DNA of 64,000 bases, taken from NCBI RefSeq assembly GCF_006345805.1, contig NC_042997.1, forward strand, positions 67,828,001-67,892,000. Reading direction: 5' to 3'. Made by a program: the position numbers and the translations under genes. Below the pieces are notes generated by a model, which had not been told where the DNA came from, made no database searches, and saw only the letters and a list, made by a program, of their open reading frames with translations. Positions 53,240 to 64,000 of this stretch are shown here, piece after piece (position 1 is the stretch's first letter; the number at the start of each line of letters is the position of its first letter). This stretch comes from Octopus sinensis. Lineage: Eukaryota.

Positions 53240-54900
53240 AAACAAAAGTTGAAATTTCCAATAACTTTTCTACTGATTCTCTATCTGCGATACCGAATCA
53301 AGAGAAAACCTAGAAATCTGATAAAATTTCTGGAAAGAGTTACAAATGAAAAAAGTTGCACAATGGTGTTCAGTTTGAAATCCCACTGCATCGATGCACT
53401 ATATAATGTCATCCCTATTTCATGGTTTTGATTTGAGGAAATTTGTCACCAATTTCTGGCTGGTTGAACGGTTATAAAGAGAATTCTGTGGCTCATTATT
53501 TCCTACAAAACACTTGCTACTGCTAAAATGATATCATTATGCTAGCTTGTTGGCTCTAGTGTAAATTTAAAAGAATTCACACAAGCAGACGAGCAGATGT
53601 TCAATTTTATCGGGTTTTAATTAAACATTTTAACATTATCCTCATGAAAGATATGTGATTACCAAGTTGATTTATTAAGGAAGGTTAATCTAGCATTCAC
53701 ATGGTCAAAAACATTTTCCATGAATAACGAGATTCATTATTTAGTTAAGTTCTGTCTCCTGTCTCTGTCGTTTCACAAACGAAGTATCACATTTGGTATA
53801 TGGTAGTGAAAGATTTGACTGAATTGTTCTAGATCCGCCAATTCTTTACAAAGCCTCTGGTACTTAGTTAAAACGAATGTTTTCGAATAAATATCAGTTA
53901 GGAATGATTGTATCATAAAGAATTTTATGTAAATTTTCTTTGATTCTGGCTGTAGGTATTAGTGACATAAATAAGTTGGCCAATTTCTATGAAATCGAGA
54001 TTAGGTCGTGTAGACAGTTAAGCTTCAATTTATATATTTTTTCTTTCCACACGTCTTAAACCTCAATTTGCAATATCATCTCTCTCAATACATCTCTTAT
54101 AATGTAACACTATTTCTGATCACATACCATGACAGCACATCCCACCGAATTTGGCCGGTACACTACAAATTATGTCGTTGTTCACTGACCATACAATTAA
54201 TCAGATCGTTCATTACTTGACTGTTTCTTATTTAATTGGGCAGGATTGAATAAAAAGTCAGAAAGTAAAGAATATTAACTGCAATGCTTTGTGTAATGAC
54301 GTCAACTGATGTCTGCTTTGTTAAATATTTTTTATATTAGAAAACAAATGACGTTTAATGCGTTTTCCCAATATTTTATTAATGAGAAAAGTTGACATGT
54401 ATTTTTCTTAATGTTTTCTTGATATCACTGCTGCACATCTTGGTAAGTAATTATCTTCAATCTCACATATATAACATATGTTCTTTGTATTTTGTTTCAA
54501 AGACATAGAATCAGATTACTTAGTTTCGTTTCTACATTCCAGAGTGTTTCCTTACTTTCAAGTTATCCTTGTTACACCGAAGTCAACATTGCAGCCAATG
54601 TAGCCAAAATTTACAAAATCTCTAAATGTTATGCATAAAATATGAAATATATTTACTACAAGCCATGTTTATATAGACTGTTGTCATTCATTTCTTCGGT
54701 CCAACTGAATATAGTCACCACACACATATATCACAACCACGGGAACTGTACCTACACCACCAGAGATTATTTAAACGACGAACTACTGAGACTTTCACAA
54801 ATGCTATACCTTCCAGATCTTGACATTTTCATTATGACCACACAATAATGATACCGCTGCAACTCCCAAGAAGAATTTATCTTTAAAATTTACCTCAGAA
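53240..54900 (+). pseudogene. Strongly degraded LRR receptor remnant
   Basis: LLRKVNLAF; gcacatcttggtaag block (~54435) shared with the tandem copies; QPRELYLHHQRL..ETFTNAIPS. Confidence 0.4.
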
Positions 54901-55335
54901 TTGTAAAGATGATGATACTCTACATGGCACATGTACGACCTGCAGAATATGTCACACATCCGGGACATGACAGGAGTTACACTCGTTTTTGATTAATTCA
55001 AAAATACAAAAGACATAAAATCAATAAAATCTAGCCCCTAATTTAAGTTCTACAAAATAATTGTCAGTTAAGTTCTCAGATTCGACTGTCACCTTCCCAA
55101 AGTCTGTGACTATGCGCCAATTTTAGAAATCATCATTACTATAAGGGAGGTGGTTGGCAGAATTTTGCCTGCTATATTTCCGAGTTTGATAAATTATAAT
55201 ACCAATCAAGTACAGGGATTTATCTAATCACAAAAAAAAAATCCTCACCCCTAATTTATGGCCTTGTGCCCACGCAATAAATAAATATGTTATGTGTCTC
55301 CGAGTTCTTTAGCTTTCATCCTTCCTGGATCAATA

Positions 55336-55557
55336 TGAGGAGGTAATGAAAAGTTCCTGGTTTTAAAGATGTCGCGAAAGGCCTGATTGGAAGTCTAACC
55401 TTCCGAGTTCTTTTACAGGGATTAGAAAAACCAAAGGACCGCTGCAATAAGAGTGTGATGTGGGTCTCAGAAGGGAATATGTTGAATAAAATCATAATTA
55501 ACTGATCCCCTTATATTTTCTTTTACTCAAAGCCAGGAACTTCTCTGCACCTTCGTG
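55336..55557 (+). mobile_element. Mariner-derived MITE
   Basis: TIRs tgaggaggtaatgaaaagttcctgg / ccaggaacttctctgcaccttcg; carries the transposase tail (FFTGIRK..GEYVE-like). Confidence 0.75.
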
Positions 55558-56689
55558 TAAAATAAAGTATCAATCAGGTATCAATATCCAGAACACGTCC
55601 CTGTGTGCTTCTGCTAGAAATCTCTAATATTGCTAAATGTACATACGGTAAACATTTATGATAAGGAAGACTTCCATTGAAAAGTGTGACATGGCAGGGT
55701 AATGACACTACAAATAAACACAGTCGTCAATAAATGAAAAACTTTCTTTTGGGGTGAGGGGAAAAGAAAAGTATAATCAAATAAATATATGGCACGGATG
55801 GCATATGGTATTTGATGTTCATTTTATTTAATTTAACATCTCTTGTTGATAAAATTGCGACTACAAAAGTTAGTCTTGTGAATCTAGATAAATTTCGTTA
55901 GTTGACTCTCTGTTACACTTTATTAAGAAAGAGCCTGATGTCTGGTTAAAAAAAAGAAACAATTGAAGTAATTTTTATAGGTATTGATGGCATAAATTGG
56001 CTGATTACTATTGAAAACTGGAGCTCAGTCATGTATTCACTTTTCTGGAAACTTTGCACCATCTTTACACATGTCGATAATTCTTAAATACCACATACAT
56101 CAGTTTCTTTTACAACCTATCGCATGGTATCTAACGGATATTTCACAGCAAAAGATTAATAATTTAATAACATTTTTATGTTCATTCCACATGTTCCTCT
56201 CATATTGTATGTCTTTCAGATACTGTTAGGAGTTATATGTGATGCTGACGTTCATGTTTGTCATTACTTCGAAATATTTCTAATACTTTTACTATGACCA
56301 TAAGAACATAAATCTGAATATACACTAGAATATAATATTGTTCTTTTATGAAACCTAGAAAGATGATTAAACAAAATCGATTATTACGGGCATGGAACTC
56401 AGAACATTAAAGAATCTACCTAATTATTACCATATGTATACACTCTCTCGTACATCTTTAGTGTAGTAGTGAGTGGTGATAAAAAATGATAAGGAGAGAG
56501 AAGATAAGACTAACTCCAATATAGAAATGATTTAATTACGTTAAAAGAGTACTCTAGGTCACAACGCATCCACAGATGCGTTTCCATGAACACGAACAGC
56601 AAAAGAAAAAAAAGGTATTAAAAAGAACAGTGAAATTATATGGGTCTAATAAAGTTAAAACGAATCAATACACATTGTCAGTACTTACA

Positions 56690-57000
56690 GCAATAGACAA
56701 AATGTCTGATAATTCAAAGCAATAAATTGTGTTTCAGTTCAAAATCTATTAGAGACGGCGAAAGAAGTGCCTTTGATTTATAGAGTAGTATATCATGCAA
56801 GTGAATAACTGTTGTGAAAGTTTTCTCAGTATCAGAAATACATGATTAAAAAGTCCGTATGTTATAAGTGAGAACTGAACTTATAACTGATGTTGAATAC
56901 TATGGCAAACGGTAGATTTAAATTAATAATCCGAAATCCCCTTTTTTTACAATCTTCTGGGTGAAATTCTTGCACCGATATGAAAGATACTGATTGATTA
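56690..57000 (+). pseudogene. Possible LRR/LRRCT remnant
   Basis: LIIQSNKL..SIRDGERSAFDL; INNP. Confidence 0.3.
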
Positions 57001-57444
57001 AAAAGTGGCATAGTCTAATGTACTTGACTAAAATACTGGATCATATGACCCGGCTGGCCGCATATTTAGAGTGCCAGCCCCTGACAACTTGAACAAGCAA
57101 ACTAATCGCTGCCACAAAGAGCACGATTACTCATTGACTTTTGTGTACGTATGTATGCGTGCATAAGATATGGTATACTATAGTCTGAACAAAATTTACG
57201 TACGGGGAAATAGTTTGGGAAAGAAAGAGTAAGATTCACACTGAAAGGGAATAAATAACATAAGTGGGAAAAAGAGTAACATTTCCACTGTAACGGCTTT
57301 TTTTAAATCACGTGTTTCTTGTCATGACACTCTGGGTACTATTTCTAGCAAATAGAACGAAACATACAGGCTCCTTACGCATCATGAAAGGTAATATTTC
57401 TTGATCTCATAACTTCCTGATTTTACTCGCTGACTTGAATGATC

Positions 57445-57575
57445 AAATTGGTTCGGAGAATATGATCTACATATTCCATGACCTCAGTAGAATTTGAACT
57501 CAGAACTTAAAGATGGACAAAATGCCACTAAGCATTTTGTCTGGCGTGCTAACGATTCTACTAGCTCATCACCTT
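57445..57575 (-). mobile_element. Family A SINE 5' part
   Basis: gaatttgaactcagaac...ggcgtgctaacgattcta. Confidence 0.7.
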
Positions 57576-58449
57576 CGTGGAACCGACTGACAAAGCCAAA
57601 AGCATAGTGAAAGACAATACCTCTTCGTAAAAGAAATGAATGAACGAAAAGAGTTTAAAGCAGACAGGAGTAGCGGAAATATCTCCGAAATCTAGGTGTG
57701 AACGTGGTTCGCACACTTCAGCTTCACACTGGGAAACAATATACTAATATTTAGTTGATGTCCAAAGTTCAGTACATTGTATTTTGACAGTTGACGAACT
57801 TGGCAGCATTAGTGGTTGTCTTCTCACCATTTCTCTCCAATTTCTAGTTCAAAGACATGCTGTTTCCTCTCCTTTCCCACCGCTAGTCTAATGACCTCTG
57901 CTCTTCGGAGCTAGCTAGTCTCGTATCACTTCTATTCATTCACCCTCCGAATCTCATGTCATTTTTAATCTCGTTATTCATATTGCCTCCTCCCAAGCCA
58001 GGCTTCGTACGACCCAATACATTTATTCTTTCTTAAAACCAGGGTTCTAGAATTCTACACTTACACGTTTTTTTATTGCATATGTAGACATTCAAATTTT
58101 CATGAGGAATGTTACCTACGTCCATCTTACTGGGTCGGTGGGCTTGCAAAAGCCATATTCACAGTTCTCTTTACTAAATTGAAAAAATAAAGACTGGTTA
58201 TCTTGTAACAAAAAATAATTTATCAACGTTTCCCCTACTAGCGATACACATAAACATTAACAGCTAATGTATGCCATTTATACAGAACTTTATACTGACG
58301 ATACATGTTCCATACATCCAAAGCATACCACAATATGATATCATATTGCTATGATATCAATATATCGTACCAATATATCATAACAAATTATAATAGAAAC
58401 TTTATACATATATTAAATTAATATTTTCAAATGTTGATGGTGGAACATA

Positions 58450-59480
58450 ACTTCTCCACAGCAGTCTTCTAACACATTCTGCCATGAGCTTTTCTTTTCA
58501 TCTGGTTCTGTATCATCTCTGTCCTTTTCACTTTCTCTTCTCTACCAGCGCTTCCATGGGCGTCCTTCCTTTATTTTATGTCTTGGGTCCAAATATAAGG
58601 GTTGCCCTGTCAAACAAACCCATGGTCTATTTAACGTGTGACGAACTCGCTTCCACTCACCTCTCGCTATTTGTTGGCCGATGGATTCCTTTTTGTCTTT
58701 GTTCTAGAAGCCTTTATTGCTCAAAGGTTCTGGATAGCTAATGTTTAGGATCCTTCTGAGGTAGTTATCATTATTTACATATTTTTGAGGTTATTTGCAT
58801 TCAGTTGCATTGAATCAACACCATATAGCCTGACGAACTTCATGTTACTCTGAATATTTTTAGTTTAATATGTTTGCACAGAGACTTTGCTTTCCAGGCA
58901 GGCTTTAAAATGTTGAATGCTCGACTTCTTTGTCATCTTACTTCGATGTCATCTTACGTGCTTCTAGTTGTAGATATCATGTCTCCTAGTCACGTTAAAT
59001 GTTACACTTCATCTGACGTGTAATTTTTCAACCCTGACAAAGCTTGAATTTTTTCTGATTTCTGTCTTTTTAACGTTAACCCTCAGTCTGGTTTTTCATA
59101 GCTACCTCTCTTAGCTTGTCTGTCTTCCTCTGTCTGAGATGAATATTCTTGGATATCAGACAAATGTCAACTGCAAAGCCTAGATCAATCATGAGCAACC
59201 TTTTTTCCAGAAGCAAGCTACATGAGACATAGTTCATCATCAGGCGGGCATACTACTAAAGAAATTCATGGTAATTTTTCGCTAGGCGTGCTATTCAGAA
59301 AATCCTATGGGCCGCAGTTTCCTATGACTGGCCTAGGTCCTCTAGCGCCTGTTTTTGTGCCCACTGTGTTTCCTTTTTAACCTGGGTATCTTGACACATC
59401 ACCCTGTCAGTCGCCATCAAGAAGATTCCCGGCGATAAGAGACATCCCAACTTTACTCCAGTTTTGGATCTTTTCGGCTA
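58450..59480 (-). mobile_element. RTE-clade LINE fragment (RT to C-terminus)
   Basis: LGFAVDICLIS..RKTDKLREVAMKTRLRVNVKKT; QSNMKFVRLYG; downstream GRP-type tail. Confidence 0.75.
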
Positions 59481-59489
59481 CTGTCACAG

Positions 59490-60270
59490 ATTGCCTGTTA
59501 CTATGGAAACAAACTCCAATTTGAAGTTTACGGTATAATGGTGGCTTTCGATTGGCTAAAGTTACCCATAATTTGCAAACTTGAAAAGCTATTAACTATT
59601 AATCTATGGCAAAAATGAATTTCCTTTCCATAATTAGTATACACAACTAAATCGGGATAACGACATTTGAAGGCATTTGAAACAAAATAGAAGAAAAAAA
59701 GCAATGAAATATGTGACAGCAACCAAAAATATTCCCAGTTTTCACTTTAAAAGGTTTTAACAATCTATCGCGTATTACTTGGCATTGAATATTTTTGTAC
59801 AACTGTTGAATTATATCAATGAGTATATTGGGGATTCCACATAGGGAGAATAGATCTCAGATCAATTTCCTGTTAGCACTAGCAAAAGCTTTATCGAAGT
59901 CGAATTTGAGAAGGAGCGTCTGATATTCCCACGGCTGTTTCAGACTATAAGATTTTGTCCAATTCAAGATATATCCTTCATAGCCTATATTTCAGTCTTT
60001 GAAGAATTATTCTTACGAGTGTCTTCTAAGTACTGACAGTAGCAGAACGCCTCATCTTTTCTACTGCTGTCACATTTTTGTACTTAAAAAAAATTGTTCC
60101 AATTGTTTTAAAATTTAGTGTACTGATTTAGATTCATACGCTAATTATGAAAATGAAATTTATTTTTGCCATAAATTAATAAATGAAAAGTTAATTGTTT
60201 TTAAAGTTTGCAACTTATGGTTAATTTTAGCAGTGCCGGTTTCCAGTGTAACAAGCGAAGCTGTAGTCTG
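59490..60270. pseudogene. Inverted pair of LRR-like remnants
   Basis: 59490-59725 (+; KLEKLLTINLWQK) aligns to the reverse complement of 60060-60270 (KLQTLKTINFSFINLWQK); KGFNNLSRI follows on +. Confidence 0.4.
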
Positions 60271-61043
60271 CCCTAAACCCCATCTCATATTTTCTTTGAT
60301 GAGTGTCTGTGTATTTTCAGGACTTTTGTACCTCATTCTCATCATTTTCACCTGTGTTTTCGCGAAACAGGATATTTTCAGTTTCTGTCTCTACAGATTT
60401 TGGTTGAAATGTTGTTACCACATTTTCATACTTTTGAGAATTTATTGTTTACATGAACTGAACTATTGCTACAGTGAAACGTACAGTTTTTGTAATATTT
60501 TGCAAAAACATTTCTTTGAGGATTTCTCCTTTTTAAAATCATTTACATGATTATTCAACCGTTTCAGTTGATTAGGACTTATTAAAAATTATTATAACTT
60601 TCGTCGTTGTATAGTTTTGCATTTCTAAAATTTCCAAATCTGTAACAGTAACAGAGAAGATCTCGCCTCACCGGTTCTTGCACCCGCTAATATTTCTCCG
60701 TTTATTTATTTTAGCAGTTTCACGAGATAGCCTTTGCTTCTGCTTTGTACGCACTTTATCTTGCTAAGAAGATTGGCAGTGGTCAGTCTGCTCCACCGGT
60801 AGGCAGTTCAACGGTTACATTTAGCTCAGCCGTCATTTGGGAAAAATATCTTGTTAAAAATAACTTATTTTATATATAACTTATTTTATTGTTTGTTCAC
60901 CTCTTGTTCTGTTAAATTCCTTCGAGAGAATGCTATGAATTCTTATAAGGTGTGGGTATTCCTAATGTCCTTACACATTACTTCGAAATACTGTAACTTC
61001 TAAGATTACCGTAAGAACAAAAATTTGGATCCAGTACTAGTAA

Positions 61044-61604
61044 ATCCTTTTCTACTCTAGGCACAAGGCTCGAAATTTTTGGAGAGGGGGCCAGTCATTT
61101 GTATCGACTCGAGTACGCAATTGATACTTATTTTATCGACCCCGAAAGGATGAAAGGCAAAGTCGACCTCTGCGGAATTTGAACTCAGAACGTAAAAACA
61201 GACGAAATATCGCTGAGCATTTTGCCTGGCGTGCTAACGATTCTTATTTCTTTATTGCCCACAAGGGGCTAATAATAGAGGGGACAAACAAGGACAGACA
61301 AAGGGATTAAGTCGATTACATCGACCCCAATGCGTAACTGGTACTTAATTTATCGACCACAAAAGGATGAAAGGCAAAGTTGACCTCGGCGGAATTTGAA
61401 CTCAGAACGTAACGGCAGACGAAATACCTATTTCTTTACTACCCACAAGGGGCTAAACACAGAGAGGACAAACAAGGACAGATAAAGGGATTAAGTCAAT
61501 TACATCGACCCCAGTGCATGACTGGTACTTAATTTATCGAACCCGAAAGGATGAAAGGTAAAGTCGACATCGGCGGAATTTGAACTCAGAGCGTAACGGC
61601 AGAC
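61044..61604 (-). mobile_element. Family A SINE trimer (long-long-short)
   Basis: Three cores; internal junction aaatag|gtatttcg on the minus strand at ~61424. Confidence 0.85.
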
Positions 61605-62786
61605 GGTGGCAAAAAAAATTTTGTAGAATTTTTTTGCCACCAGGTAAATGTTTTTTTAATTTTGTAGAATTTTTTTGCCACAAGGTAAATGTTTTTTTAA
61701 TTTTCTCCTGTTTACGGAATTGATTTTTATTTGCGGTTGAAGCTTTGGCTGTTATTTCTAGTGGGTGAATGGCCTATTATGGCCGTTCCTTGATTGTTGA
61801 TGTTGAACTTAAAAATGGTCTATGACTATTTAATTTTTTCCCACTAGGCCGCTGGTGGCAAAAAAATTCTACAAAATTTTTTTTTTTTTTGCCACCCTAT
61901 ATTGATTAATTATGAATTTTCTGGTTAATTCCGTAATGGAATCGACGGCTTATATTTATTTGCTGCCGATAAATTTGGCGCGAGTGCGATGATTTGAAAA
62001 TTTTAGGTCAGATATTACCTTGGCAGGGTCGGAAATGCCTCGTGAAAATATCTGTTCCGACTTGGGCTATTTCTTACTGAAGAATCTGAGGGCCTATGGA
62101 AGATTGGCTTGATTTAATTTAATCAGGTTAGTTTACCATTAACAGCAGATGAAACGGTGCATCGTATAAGAAATTACAGGGTAAATGTTTTTTAAATTTT
62201 CTCCTGTTTACGGAATTGATTTTTATTTGCGGTTGAAGCTTTGGCTGTTATTTCTAGTGGGTGAATGGCCTATTATGGCCGTTCCTTGATTGTTGATGTT
62301 GAACTTAAAAATGGTCTATGACTATTTAATTTTTTCCCACTAGGCCGCTGGTGGCAAAAAAATTCTACAAAATTTTTTTTTTGCTACCCTATATTGATTA
62401 ATTATGAATTTTCTGGTTAATTCCGTAATGGAATCGACGGCTTATATTTATTTGTTGCCGATAAATTTGGCGCGAGTGCGATGATTTGAAAATTTTAGGT
62501 CAGATATTACCTTGGCAGGGTCGGAAATGCCTCGTGAAAATATCTGTTCCGACTTGGGCTATTTCTTACTGAAGAATCTGAGGGCCTATGGAAGATTGGC
62601 TTGATTTAATTTAATCAGGTTAGTTTACCATTAAACAGCAGATGAAACGGTGCATCGTATAAGAAATTACAGGGTAAATGTTTTTTAAATTTTCTCCTGT
62701 TTACGGAATTGATTTTTATTTGCGGTTGAAGCTTTGGCTGTTATTTCTAGTGGGTGAATGGCCTATTATGGCCGTTCCTTGATTGT

Positions 62787-62789
<3 letters not shown>
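61605..62789. repeat. ~495-bp tandem repeat (about 2.2 units) with internal palindrome
   Basis: ggtaaatgtttt anchors at 61684, 62180 and 62673; units near-identical; palindrome ggtggc(a)n ttctacaaaa (t)n gccacc; ends at (AT)n. Confidence 0.9.
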
Positions 62790-62851
<62 letters not shown>

Positions 62852-63149
62852 ATATATAAACTGGATGGTTACGTTTGGAACGCCTTTTCCCTCAGGTCTG
62901 TTATTATGTCGACTAAACGACAACTTTTTGACTTATATTTCATGACACTGGAAGTGTACAATATCGGTATGGCTTATATTTCATTAAAACATTGTTAAAA
63001 AAGCACAGGAACAAAATATCGTAAATATCCTAACGTTAATGTATATACGTATATAATAAATCTGTTTGTTTGTGACTATATAACTGCTATTTTCATATGT
63101 CAACTCAGTTCAGACAAAGCCTGATCATTTTCCTCTATGTGTAAAGGAG

Positions 63150-63720
63150 ACTGGAATGTTCTGAAATACACGCCAATATTTGCATAGCTTTCATTTTGAA
63201 TTAAAACTCTAACAAATACAAGAATTACTAAGTCATAATTTTGAGTTATCTCCAGGGTAAGAAATTCAAGTAGACTTAGCATTATGGCAAAAGCGAAGAA
63301 TGGAAATGTATATTTTGTTAAGAATATCGTGTATGCAGAAGTTCTGTAGAGAAATAGATTAGATTTGAATGATATCTTTTTTATAGTTTTAAAAAAAATA
63401 TAATATAACTTTCTTTTATAAAATACAAATAATGGTCATACTAAAAATCTCTCATACATCTTAATCATTGGATACTGTGTTGCATTAATGCAACGTTAGC
63501 TATCTGAATATTCTGTAAAGGCTTGAAATGAGAATTTCTGCGCATATTTAATTTCCTCTAACGGCAGGACGGATATTAGGCTAGTAAGACTAAATAACCT
63601 AACGTTCTCTGTGGTTAAAAATCAATTATTACTGCAATATGATCATACAAGATCATCCAATGCTGGAGATTATAATGATGTATCTATGTGGTGTCCATCA
63701 TCTTAGAAAAAGCAGCTAAA
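63150..63720 (+). pseudogene. Possible LRR remnant
   Basis: QIQELLSHN; KNLSYIL; RLNNLTF; KQLNLSE in broken frames. Confidence 0.28.
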
Positions 63721-64000
63721 TCTCTCTGAGATAACATACCAACGTTTTTTTTGAATTGACAAATTGAATAAAGTAATCTAGGGTGTACAATGCACAAAGA
63801 AAAAAAAGGAGGAAATATTTTTGTACATAAGTTTACTCAGAGCTACTTTGGAGTATATAAGAACAACCACAATACTTCATAGGCTGGAGCTTGTGCAGAC
63901 CGATGTATGTAGATACACTTAGGTTTCACAGCACACTTCCCAGCTTCAGTGACGCTTCACAGCTATAAGCAGTACAGTTTTTATACCTGATATTATGAAT

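Noticed and set aside
59528-59722. Minus-strand ORF with a signal-peptide-like start
   Set aside because: It is antisense to the better-supported + strand LRR-like reading
60233-60550. 105-aa ORF with a hydrophobic segment that looks like a TLR transmembrane region
   Set aside because: No TIR follows, and its first ~40 bp overlap sequence that aligns better as a minus-strand paralogue of 59490-59725; AT-rich antisense frames are often hydrophobic
62075-62110. CTGAAGA followed by atct...agat in the 495-bp unit as a hammerhead
   Set aside because: No GAAA after the putative stem II and no closing stems

Overview
AT-rich, microsatellite-dense animal DNA. The repeat families resemble those I associate with octopod cephalopods; this is an inference from memory, not a search. 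I find no intact protein-coding gene, tRNA/rRNA gene or CRISPR array. Beneath the repeats the window looks like a cluster of decayed Toll-like-receptor/LRR gene copies, mostly on the + strand. LRR-LRRCT-TM-TIR remnants lie at ~1.0-1.8 kb and ~8.8-9.5 kb, and LRR/LRRCT remnants at ~22-29 kb. At least six tandem paralogues of one signal-peptide+LRR module, with shared non-coding flanks, lie at ~29-55 kb, and weaker LRR fragments continue to the end. On top of this sit tRNA-headed SINEs (often multimers), mariner/Tigger elements and MITEs, Helitron-like elements, LINE fragments (Tx1/L1, R4/Dong, RTE, CRE), a Chapaev/Transib-like fragment, three Penelope-like foldbacks (two carrying hammerhead-ribozyme folds with a CCGANGA core) and a ~495-bp tandem repeat. 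All protein calls come from hand translation of degenerate frames, and many boundaries are approximate.
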